Notes: a model not told the origin generated them from the sequence alone. A stretch of 38,981 bases of DNA from Octopus sinensis (GCF_006345805.1 NW_021826201.1:1-38981), one strand, 5' to 3'. Numbered from the stretch's first letter, positions 1 through 13,535 are shown. Numbers and translations: made by a program.

Positions 1-4
1 ATAT

Positions 5-140
5 ATCCATACGATGGGCTTCATACAGTTTCTGTTGACCGCATCCAGTCATAATAGCATTGGTCAGCCTGGAGCTCTACTAGTTGGCATTCATCTAATG
101 CTAGCTGGAAGTGAGAGAGCGATTCAGAAGCGAACTTCAT
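5..140 (-). mobile_element. Degenerate SINE fragment
   Basis: Resembles the reverse complement of the SINE body at 22490-22580 (cgatgggcttcatacagtttc...ggtcagcctggagct). Confidence 0.45.
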
Positions 141-169
141 AATCACACACTTATGTCTGCACCTTATAC

Positions 170-672
170 AGACAGACAGACAGACACCTGCACATACATA
201 CATACATACATACACACACATACATCTGCACGTGCACACATACACACATACATACATATATACATACATACATGAATATATGCATACACATATATACAAA
301 CATACATAAAGACATCTGCACATGCATACATACATGCATACATACATACATACATACATACATACATACATAAATACATACATACATAAATATACATACA
401 TACATACATACACGCATACATACATACATACATCTTCACGTGCACACATACACACATACGTACATATATACATACATACATGAATATATGCATACACACT
501 TACATGCATACACACATACAAACATACATACATACAGGTATAATGCATACATACATACATACATATATACATACAAACATACATACATACATATATGCGT
601 GCGTGTGTGTATGTATATGTGAGTGTGCACGTATGCGTCTATGTGTACGCGCGTGTGTGTGTGTGTGTGTGT
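170..672. repeat. Compound (TACA)n/(CA)n then (TG)n microsatellite
   Basis: Direct reading. Confidence 0.95.
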
Positions 673-736
673 ATGCAGATGCGGGTAAATTCCCTCCTAC
701 ATTAGCCAATTCGTGTATAACCCATTCTGTTCTTAC

Positions 737-850
737 TTCTGTTTGGCAATCACTTGCACCAGTCTTTCGCCGAGGTGTCTCTCGATTTTCATGGCCATTT
801 TCGCTGCCTGTTCCTCGTCCACCGTTACTCTTGTACGCAGAACCATAAAT
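737..850 (-). CDS. DTHD1: Exon (114 nt, phase 2-2): (K)[37 protein letters not shown]
   Basis: Acceptor ttttttctctctctttgtttag|A and donor CAGAA|gtaaga; in frame with exon 5600-5729. Confidence 0.85.
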
Positions 851-1035
851 CTAAACAAAGAGAGAGAAAAAACACTTTGAATTTATGTGTGTGTATGTGC
901 GCCTGTATGGCTAGCTGGCCGACACTTCGAAGTCACTGCCAACAACATTTTTGTAGAAGAAAAGTATAGAGTAAGTCATCAGATTAATGTAAATTGTTTT
1001 TATCGTAACTGAACATATAATAATTGATATCTATT

Positions 1036-1081
<46 letters not shown>

Positions 1082-1090
1082 TATATATAT

Positions 1091-1169
<79 letters not shown>

Positions 1170-2799
1170 CTATACATATATATACATATATATATATATA
1201 TACCTGTATTTGTGTAATATTTATATCATTTACAGGCTGCGAGCTGGCGGAAGCGTTAGCACGCCTGGTGAAATGCTTAGCGGTATTTTGTCTGCCGTTA
1301 CGTTCTGAGTTCAAATTCCACCGAGGTCGACTTTGCCTTTCATCCTTTCGGGTTCGATAAATTAAGTACCAGTTGCGTATTGGGGTCGATCTAATCAACT
1401 GATCCCCTCCCCCAGAATTTCGGGCCTTGTGCCTTGAGTAAGAAAAGATTATACACATTTATATTTCTATATATATACAAATATAAAGTAGTACTCAACA
1501 TAAAAAGCAGAATTAGTAAAAAGGCCGGAAATTTTGAGGGATGGGTTAAGTCGATTACATTGAGCCCAGTACATATAATACCAAGTATTACTTCATCGAC
1601 CTTGAAAGGATAAAAGATGAAGTTGACATTGGCAAAATTTGAACTCAGAACTAAAGACTGATGAATGCTACTAAACATGTTTGTGTGGCATGCTAACTAT
1701 TCTGCCAGATCACCGATTTTTATAAAGGGTTGTCAAAATGATAGTATTTTTAAAAATGGGGACTTTGGTTTTAATACATCATTATGAGTAGTTTTTCAGC
1801 ACCGCACTACAATACGACTAAATATTCTATTACAATATACAATCTTATATGGGTACCGGCTTGGCCCGCTAGACATATCTCACTAATCCACTTAAGTGTG
1901 GACATATTCTGGTATCATATGAACCAGTCCTCAACTAAAATGTCAAATAGGGCCTGTGGTACAAAAGCAAGCCCCGGAAAGCAGGAATCTACAGTCTTTG
2001 GTATAAAGATCCATGAATGCCAACGTCTGTAGGGATGACACATGAAGGGAGACATAGTTATAATATATTCGGCCATTGATCAGGTACCCAAGGGTTGGTT
2101 TACCAAGACCCTCCAGTCCCCTCTGTATTGTTCTACATGCATGCAATCGACCAGGCTCTTGTATCTAGTTCATTTTTCGGTGTTAATTCACAAACGTCTT
2201 TGATCTCTTCCCATCCACACTTTCTGTCTAATTAGTTTTGGGTATTGACACATGACGCATTGTATGTTCAAAATAAGTCAGCTTTGTGGACTTGATTCTC
2301 GATAATAAGTGTCTTTGTACTGTTAGCTTTTCTGGTACTGCAGCATTTGTTACCCACTCTTTCCAGTTTATTCGGCCCAAACTTTGAAAGATCCATATTA
2401 AGCTTATAGATATTGAGATCCTAAAATTTAAACACTTATAATATTAAATTTAATAGTTGAAATATAATATGATATGGTTGAGAGGATAACTCGATCGACA
2501 TAAACGAAAATGTAAGCGATAAAGTAAAGAAATTGTATGGGAAAACGGTATACATGGAGTAGACAAGGAGAAAGAGCAAGAAGGAAATAGAGAAACACGA
2601 AAGAAAAGGCAGAAGAGCAGTGAAGAAAAGGAATGAAATTAGAAAAATAAAAATGAGAGAACGAAAGTATAAAGCTAAAAAGATAGAAAGGCAGAGAGGT
2701 GAAAAGGAAAGAAAGTAGAAAAGGAGAAAAGGAGAAGACGTAGACAGAACGTCAGCTGACATGATATATCTTCAGTTACAATAGTGTAAGAGTGTAAAC

Positions 2800-2869
<70 letters not shown>

Positions 2870-2879
2870 CAACACACAA

Positions 2880-2910
<31 letters not shown>

Positions 2911-2937
2911 AACACACAACACACACACAACACACAA

Positions 2938-2968
<31 letters not shown>

Positions 2969-4627
2969 AGCACACACAAGCACACACACAATCACACACA
3001 CACACACACAAGCACACACACACTCGCACACAAGCACACACACACACACACAAACACACACACAAACAAATAACACACACACACAAACACACACACACAC
3101 ACATATTAGGGGGAATAAAAGAATTAGGGTTATAAACGTGAAATACGTTACCACTGAATATTTCTATAGATTTTAACCAATGTTATACATAAAAGACAGA
3201 TATAGACACATTGTCATTATATACACTACCTTCATGGACTTAACAAGAAGGATCAGCTGTTCTAGTTTCAATCCTGTGTTGGGATATCATCGACAACCAA
3301 GTGTCATCTCTAACCGTCAATGGAAACATTTTTTTAATCAACCAATATTAATTAGCGTTTAAGTTAATCTGATAGATTAATTTGCATATTTGATGCATTC
3401 TTGGTAGCGAGTTACCTCTTTTTATATTCACAAAGATACTATATATAAAGACAAGATGCTTGCATCTGCGTACTATACACAGAATTGTGTGCGTGCGTGC
3501 GTGCGTCCCTCAATGTGCTTGCATGTGTATGTATGTATATCTATATATATATATAGATATATATATATATATATAGTATATAATATCTATAGAGAGAGAG
3601 AGAAAGAGAGAGAGAGAGAGTGGGTGGAGGGAGATGGCTATTATAGTCAGAGCAGTTGATAAAGTGTAATAGTGATGTACAAAATTCAACAGTACAAAAA
3701 AACAACACCAAAGAAACTAAACAGTCACAGCATTCAAATTCTTTCCCCAATTATGCGAAAATAAAGTCAATTCACCAATAATCTGTATTCCAAAGGTGCC
3801 TTTGAACATCAATTAACCAATATTGAACCTTTGGCATAAATATGTCGGTTAGGAAGGAGAACACTAAATAATCACCGGACAATTATTTACTGTGCTTAAA
3901 CGAATTTCCCTAAACGATTTTTAGTATCAAAGGTTCTATATAAGTTGTAGTTGGGAATATACATTCAGTACCCGGCGTTGATATGGCTGCTTGTATATTA
4001 TTACAAGAGTTCAGATAGAGATGTAGAATAGATACAAGAACTATATATTTACTACATATATTTTATTTACTGGTCGATGATGATACATAATCAAAAGGTA
4101 GAATCTATTTGAATGAAGTAATCTATGCAAGAAATTTCGGAGATAGGAAATATTGAAATAACAATTAAGTGGTAGCTTTCAGCCAAGTGGCGTAGAGAAA
4201 TAGACGGACATATCGATGACGTGAATGGCTATAGATTTAATCGACTAAGAAGCGAAGAGCAGGCTAAGCAAGCTGTTTTTATTAATGCAACGCTAGACAT
4301 TCTAAAAGCTTCCAAGAGAAAGGCTAAGCTTCTTGAATAATTAAGAAACACGTCTCATGACACAGATGCTTCGAGAAACTTAGGAAAGGGAGGTTACTCT
4401 ATGATCTTTCTTGCAAGAGAGCACATTCAACTATTTAGCTACCGCTACAAAGGCCATTTGTATAAGAACTGTGAACTATTGCTAAGCAGGTTTCTTATCT
4501 TTGGGAAAATGAAAATAAAATTTATTTTGTTTTTGTAGTTGTTTTTGTCTGTTTTTTTTTATTGAATTTTTGCACCACTGCACAATTTTACTTTATTTCC
4601 GCTCAGTTCTGATCATCCGTTTCCTCC

Positions 4628-4672
<45 letters not shown>

Positions 4673-5113
4673 TGTATGTATGTAATAATAATAATCCTTA
4701 CTACTATAAGCACAAGGCCTGGAGTTTGGGGGGAGGGGGATAGTCGATTACTTCGATCCCAGTATTCAACTGGTACTTAGTCTATCGACCCCGAAAGGGT
4801 GGAAGATAAAGTCGACCTCGGCGGAATTTGAACTCAGAACGTAACGATGGGTGAAATACCTATTTCTTTACTACCCAAAAGGGGATAAGCACAGAAAGGA
4901 CAAACAAGGACAGACAAACGGATTAGGTCGATTAAATCGACTCCAGTGCGTAACTGGTACTTAATTTATCGACCCCGAAAGGATGAAAGGCAGTCGACCT
5001 CAGCGGAATTTGAACTCAGAACGTAACGGCAGACGAAATACGGCTACGCATTTTGCCCAGCGTGCTAACGATTCTGCCAGCTCACTGCCTACCTTATGTA
5101 GTAGTAGTAGTAA

Positions 5114-5161
<48 letters not shown>

Positions 5162-5183
5162 CAGCAGCAGTAGCAGCAGCAGC

Positions 5184-5214
<31 letters not shown>

Positions 5215-5794
5215 ACAAATGCCATGATGCTGTACCAAGCAGTGGCTCGCATGCCTTCTGATCTTAATTGATTGGATGTGTTATTATATGCATGTTTTGT
5301 CTTGGTATAAAAGATGGGCTACAGCAAATATTCTGCTCAGTACCACAGATTTGTTTGACGATATGTGCATCTCTGATCATGAGCAAGATTAGTGGGAAAG
5401 CCTCATAGCCATGTGTTGAGAGGAATTCTTTGGAAACATGTGTGTTTTGTTCATCATCCTTAAGCAACCCTTATTCAGGAACCTTAACTAAATATCCTCT
5501 CCTTTTTTCAGCTCCAGCATTGAAGCTTCAAATCTGACGCAGACAATGAAAATAATCTCGAGATTATAATGTGTATAAAAGCTTTTTGGGCTACTTTACT
5601 TGGTGTAAGGACGCGATAATTCCATTTGAAGTAGGTCCAGTTTGATCTGTGACATCGCAATTTCTTTGACAACAGTCCATACTTTACTTCCACAACAGGC
5701 GACAAAGTAGAGTTGATCATTTTCATCGTCTGTGAAAAAGACGCACAAAGACAGGTTTCAGTACGTTGTACAGAAAGTGGCACTGAGAGGAGAG

Positions 5795-5887
<93 letters not shown>

Positions 5888-8351
5888 ACATACACCATAT
5901 ATACATTTAAGTATATATGAGCATGTCTAGATATGTAAAAAGACCCAATAGAATAAGAACCAGATTTAGAAAAGTACTGGATCGATTTGATCGACTAAAC
6001 CCACCAATGCGGTGTCCCAGCATACACACACACACACAGGCGTGATTTTGTGGTAAGATGTTTGCTTCCCAACCACATGGTTCTAGGTTCAGTCCCACTC
6101 TGTGGCACCTTGGGCAAATGTTTTCTACTATAGCATCGAGCCTTGAGTGGATTTAGTAGGCGGAAACTGAAAGAAGCCCATCGTATAAGTATATGTTAAC
6201 TTACCCATTTACCTGACATATAATTGCGCTAATCCTGCAAGATGCCCTCTAAATGAATTTTGTTTCGCAAAATTTGTTGTGTGACATAACGATATTTTTT
6301 TTTTACTAACAATAGCTCTACAGAGAAGAAAAATACCGACAAAATAAGTGAAAATACATTAAAATCCAGTTTAGATCATTCTACACACTCATTCCTAAAA
6401 GTCAACAAAAAGACAGACAGCAGCTTTTCCAAGTTCACCTGGTCAATGAAACACCAACTCTCACAAGCTTTAAGCTGAAGTAGACTTTACTAAATCATAC
6501 ACGCAGAATCAACACTGCAAACTGTAAAATTATCATCGCCAGAGTTAAAGGACGATCACATTACATGACATTAAAGAACACAAAACGAAACAGTAAGGGA
6601 AAAGGTACGTTGGATAATAATACTAACAACCTACATAAAATTGAAAAGAAAACTAGAAAATTAGTAGCGGCTGCTTTGTTAATTGTAAGTACGAGGGGCG
6701 TTCAATAAGTAATGCCCCTGCCCCACTTCCCATAGCAGTAGAGCAACGACACTTGGCACAGTTATTAGTCTTTTCCTACATAGGAACTACTCAGAGTTAT
6801 GCATTTCTCCCATCGTTTGATACAGCTCTGGAGACCGTTTTTGTAGAAGACCCCAGCTTGGTCCTCCAACCACGACCTGACTTCAGAAATCAAGGCTGCA
6901 TCATCTGGGAAACGCTTTCCTTTCAAAATCAACTTCATGGCTGGAAGAGGTGAAAATCAGAGGGTGCAAGGGAAGGAGTTCATAGCTGTACGCCTGTGCT
7001 TCTGATCTGGCGACACGCGAGTTGTGGACCGGGCGTTGTCCTGCAGGAGGAGGATGCCTTTGCTGATCTTGCCCCGCCTCTTGATTTTGATAGCTTCTCT
7101 TAATTTCCTCAAAAGTGAAGCATAATAGGCTCCTGTAATTGTGGTACCCTTTGCCAGGAAATCTGTCACCACTACTCCGTCCTGGTCCCAGAAGACTGTG
7201 AGCATAACCTTGTCAGCGGAGGGCTGCACCCTTGCCTTCTTTGGAGGAGGTGAGTCACGGTGCTTTCACTGCATTGACTGGGCTTTGGTCTATGGATCAT
7301 AGTGATGGACCCAGGTTTTATTCTGTGTAATCAGTCTTTTGAAAAATGTTGACTCATCTTCTTGGCACATCTCCAAATTCATCCTCGAGCACTCAACGCG
7401 TTCTTGCTTCTGGAAAGGTGTGAGCAACCTGGAAATCCATCTGGCAGACACCTTTTGCATATGCAAATAGTCATGAATGATAGTTTCCACAGACCCGGTA
7501 CTAATCTTGACCTTATGGGCTATTTGGCGAATAGTTATGCGTTGACCTTCCAAAATGGCAGCCTCAACTTGACGGACAGACGTCTCATCAACGGCAGAAG
7601 GGGGCGACCAGATCTGGGAGCTGTTTCCACAGAGTTCCGACTATGTTTGAATTCACAATGCCAGTGTTTTACAAGGTCATATGATGGGGCATCATCACCA
7701 TAAGTTACTTTCATTTCATCAGAAGTCTCCCGTGGTGTGCGTCCTTTCAAATACAAAAACCAGATCACTGCTCGACACTCAACAGGCTCCATTTCACACT
7801 TGACTCAGTTCAAACACCTGTAAATCAGAAACCACAATTAGTTCAGAGTTGTAATTCGCCACTTAATCTATAGAGGTATAAATAAGTGCACATGCAAAAT
7901 TTCAGCTAGATCAAACAACTGCAAGTGGGTCAGGGGCATTACTTATTGAACGCCCCTCGTACACACGCATATTAATATATACAGTCACAGAAGCCTAATA
8001 ATAAACTAAAAACAATTAACAGTTTGGCACATTTTAAATCAGGCGATGATGATTTCTTCATAGCTTACATTATTCCCATGTTCCCTCGCTGCCTAATAAA
8101 AACGTTTCGTAATAAAAATTCATACTTCGTTATTAGTGTTTTACATTTAGTTTGATCTTGAAAAGAATGTAGGAAAAATTCATTGATGTAAAATGTAGAA
8201 ATGATTAAACACTAATATAATCACAATCGTGTTTTCTGTACATGATTGAAAGAAGGCGATCACACTCACACATACATACACACGCATGCACACACATTTA
8301 TGTATAGCTATCTATATACATACATACATTCACACATACACATATATGTAT

Positions 8352-8387
<36 letters not shown>

Positions 8388-8534
8388 GCACGCGCACACA
8401 CACACGTAGCTGTATTGAAAAAGAGACAAAGCCAGAGAGCGAGCGAGAGAGAGAGAGAGAGAGAGAGAGAAAGAAAGTAAGAAGTAAACAGGGAGAAAAG
8501 TAGATGTGTAGGCAGAGAAACATACAGATAAATG

Positions 8535-8568
<34 letters not shown>

Positions 8569-8581
8569 TAGACAGACAGAC

Positions 8582-8624
<43 letters not shown>

Positions 8625-11600
8625 CAGATAGACAGACAGAGAAACAGGCATAGATAAGTAGGTAGGTAGGTAGGTAGGTAGATAGAAAACCATCGTTGCT
8701 TGCGTAAATCCCCATATACCAGCGTTGATTCGGTCTCTTGTCGTTCACATGCGTTAGAGATGGTTCCTCTGATGTTGACCCTTCCTGTCTAGATGCCCTC
8801 CCTGTGTTCGATCCACCATTCGACTCCTTTTGTCTCTTTTTCTTTTCTCGCCCAGCATCTTCTAGCATGGCCCTTTTCGGGTTCTTTGCTCGTTCTTCAC
8901 GTTGGGCCCTGATAGCTGCCAGGCGTTTCACTTTTGCCGGATTTGGTGGGCAAGGGAGCGTAACCTGAGACAATGAGAAAAGAAAGTAGTAGTAGTGGTG
9001 GTGGTTGTGGTGGTGGTGGCAGTAGTAGTAGTGGATGTAGTAGTGGTAGTGTTGGTGGTAGTATTAGTGATGGTGGTAGTGTGGTAGTCGTAGTGTGGTG
9101 GTGGTGGTAGTAATAATAGTGGTGGTGGGGTGGTGGTGGTGGTGGTAGTAGTAGTAGTAGTAGAAGTAGCAGCAGCAGCAGCAACTGTGATGGTGTAGAT
9201 AACGTCGTTGTACAACCCTGTTCAGCCATGATCGAGCTACAGTCGTAAGTACTCGCTATAACGACTGAAGTGCTACCCGATGCACACAGCAAGCACCACA
9301 GGCTCCAATATGAAGTGGCTTATCATTTTGAATGCAATGTGGCAAAATATATTCTCCTCTGCCCATCCTGTTCCTGTCGAGAGTCGATAAAGAAAGAACC
9401 AGTCCAAAATGACGGATTGGGGGAGTGTTTGAGTGTTGGATACGATGCGATGTGGTCTCCGTTTCGGACTTTTCTCATCTGCGATCACACTAGTGCCAGA
9501 CTGGACCGAAATCATTGTTCGTTTGAATAAACTGAGCATTTTGAATGTTCTCCTCTGTACAATCTGCGCCTGTGTTTCAGTGTCTCTGCCGATGGCCACA
9601 ATGGATGTTAGCAAATGGTCTTCTTAGATCGGTTCATCTACAATCTGTCACAAACGTTGTGTGCCGCGTTACTGGGTAGTGTTATTAAACACGACAGCCA
9701 TTTCTCTTACCGCCGCCACGGTCATCATTGCCATTGCAGCAATTTCACCACAACCATGTCGTTTCTTCTGCACATTTACTCATCTTCGTGTGTGTATGTG
9801 TGTGTATGTTTGTATGTATGTATGCATGTGTGTATGGGTATGTATATATATATATATATATACATATATATGTCTGTACGTATGCGTGTATGGATGCAAC
9901 ATACCTACTCATACGTATATTCATTATGCACAAACATATATACGTATGTACGTGCTTATGTACTGGGACTGGACAAAATAATGGAAACACCTAGCATAAT
10001 TTTGTATCATAATTTTGAAATATCTATGAAACCGTCAAAAGCTTGTTTATTTTTCTTTTCTTTTTTTTATATTTATTATTACTGTTGCCTAATATGTTTT
10101 GCTAAAATTGCTGTTTCTTTTCAGATATCACCCGAAAAAGGTAATTAAAATTCATTACAATGACAGATCTACCAGACTTGTTGGTGCTCGTATGGCAAGC
10201 GCTAGCGTAATGAAAACAGCCAAAATGTTTGGTGTGTCAAGAAGTGCTGTCTCGAAAGTGATGGAAGCTTTTGAGAAAGAGAGAAAGCCTCCTCGTCGAA
10301 ACAAAACTCCGGAAGAAAACCAAAACTTTCAGATAGGGACTGTCGGACTCTTACGCGAATTGTTAGAAAGGATCACAAAAGTACAGCTCCCAACATTACT
10401 GCAGGACTTAATGACCACTTTGAAAACCCAGTTTCCACAAAAACTGTTCGTCAGGAGCTGCACAAAGCCGGATTTCACGGGAGGGCTGCACTCAGAAAAA
10501 AAAACTACTTTCAAAATCAAACGTTGCACAGTGTTTAGTGAAGAGCAAAAACCTGCAGAATTGGTCCTTAGAGTCATCCTCTACCTCATTTCTGACAACC
10601 GACCGAATATATGAGTGGAGACAGCCAAAAGAAGCATTTGACCCAGACTGCCTTCTTCCAACTGTTTAACATGGAGGAGGATCTGTGATGATCCGTGGAT
10701 CTTGGAAATCTGCCGGCCCAATGGTTTCTCTTCATGGCAGAATCAATAGTCGACTATTAAAGCATTTTATCTGATCAAATTCATCCTATAGTTGTGGAAC
10801 TGTTTCCGGAGGGAAACGCAATCTTTCAGGATGATAATGAACCGATTTACATAGTTGTTACTGAATGGCACGAGGAACATTCTAGTGAAGTTGAACACCT
10901 TATCTGGCCACCACAGTCCCCAGATCTCAATATTATTGAAGATTTATGGTGCATTTTAGAAAAACAAGTAAGGAGTCGATATCCTCCACCATCATCACTA
11001 CAAGAACTGGAGACTGTTTTAGCTGAAGAATGGACAAAAATTTCTTTGGAAACAATTCAAACTTTGTACGAGTCCACATATCGTAGAATTCAAGCTGTAA
11101 TTACTCCCAAAGGCGGTCCTATCTCATATCAAAATAAATTTGTCTGAAATTTTAAGGTGTTTCCATTATTTCGTCCAACCTCTGCATATACGTGTGTAAA
11201 TGCATACATGCATAATGCTTACATACACATACGTATGTATGTACGCGTGAATGTGCTTGCGTATGTAGGTCTTTACGTGTTTGTATCTGTGTATGTATGT
11301 AAGTATGAACGGAATGTATACGTATGTATCTGTAGTGTGGTCTTGAAGGAAGGCTTGTTATCAGTTTATAGACACGATTTATTGCTACATTAATACAAGA
11401 AGAGCAAATTTTATATGAAACGACGTATATTACAGGAGCAGGGAATCTCCATCAGAAGTTCACATTTATGCTGGTTGCACACATCAATATATATTCTTGT
11501 TGCCGTGTTGTTGCGGTACGTTTCTTCATCAGGTTGAATATGTGGCTGTGAGAATAGCTACGACTCGAGAGCGAACTCCGCCAAGGACCGAATTCATTCT

Positions 11601-12693
11601 GTTCTTTTCGCGCTAAAATGAACTGGATTTTTGAAGGGGCTCTGTCACTGAAAGTCCTAGTCATGCCGCCAGGCAATCACGTGTTTGCTCACATGATCAA
11701 CTCGTGATGTCCATGCGGCCAAACCTGGAGTTGGATCCAACTGTTATATCAGCCTCTTTCCAATCGAGTTGGGAAGAAAAAAGGTAATGGAAAATGAACA
11801 AATGGCGGTGCCCCAGCATGGCCACAGCTCGTGAGCTGAAACTAGAATCAATCAATCAATAAAGAAAAGAAAAAATAAATGAACAGCAGAAAAACACGAA
11901 TGCAAAACGTACAATTAACCAATGCACAAAAAAAAAACTGTCAATGGAAGTAAAAAGCTCAGAGCAGAGTCTTTGCTGGAATTAAGATTCCTTTTATGTC
12001 CTTGCAGATGTTTGTCTTTTTTTTTCATTTGTTTATGTATTGTTTTTATGTCTGTGCATTTATGTAACCACGGATGATTGGACATGGAGATCAAAACAGG
12101 CACAAAGACAAATTGACTTACCAAAATAGGTTTCTGAAACTCAGTGCTTTCCCATTCTGTTAATATAATTGGACTGCAAGATAGCAGCCCTTTGAATGAG
12201 TTCTTGTGTGAACGAAGTTCTGCAAGCGAAGCGCTGTCCACTGGCTGGGCCTGAGAAGAAGAAAAAGGATTCACAAACCTTTTTTATTTGAGCTGTTGTA
12301 TAATTGAATACTGAGTTATTGAGAATTAAAAAAAAAAAAAATACAAACAATGATAAAAAAAATGTGGACACAGGAGAACGACAAAGGATTATACGGTAAA
12401 AACAGATAGATAAATATACGATTAATGCGGATGACCCCTCTGTCTGGCTTTCGCCTTGATAGATCGCTAGCCATTACACATTCTTTATTTTTTTTTCCTT
12501 GTTTCTTTCTGTGTTCCTTTCTGTAGAAGAGCGTAGGCTCGAAACGTAAAAGACTTTTTCACTTCACGTGCGTTAAACTAATACATCTGTTTGTTGTCTA
12601 CACCGCCTGCTTTCGTCTTTTTTTGTGAATTCTACCCCTATATATATACATATATATATATACATACATACATACATACACACTTATATATAT

Positions 12694-12755
<62 letters not shown>

Positions 12756-13065
12756 TACTCCATCAGTTTCAACTACGAGGTTCCCAGCTGATACGATCTA
12801 ACAGTGAAATTAACGTACAAGTGACTGAGCACTCCACAGACGAGTGTACCCTTAACATAGTTCTCAGGGAGATTCAACATGACATAGAATGTGACATGGC
12901 TGGCCCTTTGAAGTACAGGTACTACTCATTTCTACCAGCTGAGTGGACTGAAGTAATGTGAAATAAAGTGTCTTGCTCAAGGACACAATGTGTCACCGGG
13001 AAATGAACTCATGACCTTACGATCGTGAGCCGAATGCCCTAACCACTAAGCTAGTCGCATTCACC

Positions 13066-13102
<37 letters not shown>

Positions 13103-13478
13103 ACAAGCACACACACACACATATATATATATGCATGTATGTATTGAATGGCAATCTGTATATCCTATTTAATGTGGATGCATTGTTAGAACGCTGAAAA
13201 CTGCTGAGAAAACCTGAAACCACAAGATTTGGAAGTTACAGTAGCCATAACAAACGGTTCCAGTTGGCTAATAATATATGTGTGCTCTTAGCACAGTGCA
13301 TCTGCATGAGATGTTCTTTTTGGACCAATACCGAAGTATTCGGCGTTCTAACAAAACATCTACATTGATTAGGATATAAAAATTGCCATTCGTTATCAAT
13401 ACTCTTCCGTTGCTAACACACACACTCATACACACACACACACACACTCATACACACTCATACACACACACACACACT

Positions 13479-13535
<57 letters not shown>

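Noticed and set aside
1720-2420. Unique-looking stretch that might be a decayed transposase
   Set aside because: No motif or terminal repeat I could identify with confidence
4183-4340. Plus-strand stop-free frame [32 protein letters not shown]... after ctttcag
   Set aside because: Looks protein-like but is short, has a weak acceptor, no partner exons on the plus strand and no recognisable family
9273-9614. 113-aa minus ORF with a superficially channel-like hydrophobic end
   Set aside because: No usable splice sites, no real domain match, and the flanking exons already join inside a continuous ZU5 motif
11452-11676. 74-aa minus ORF as a possible extra exon
   Set aside because: It would interrupt FQKPIL|VTLPCPP and has no convincing splice pair
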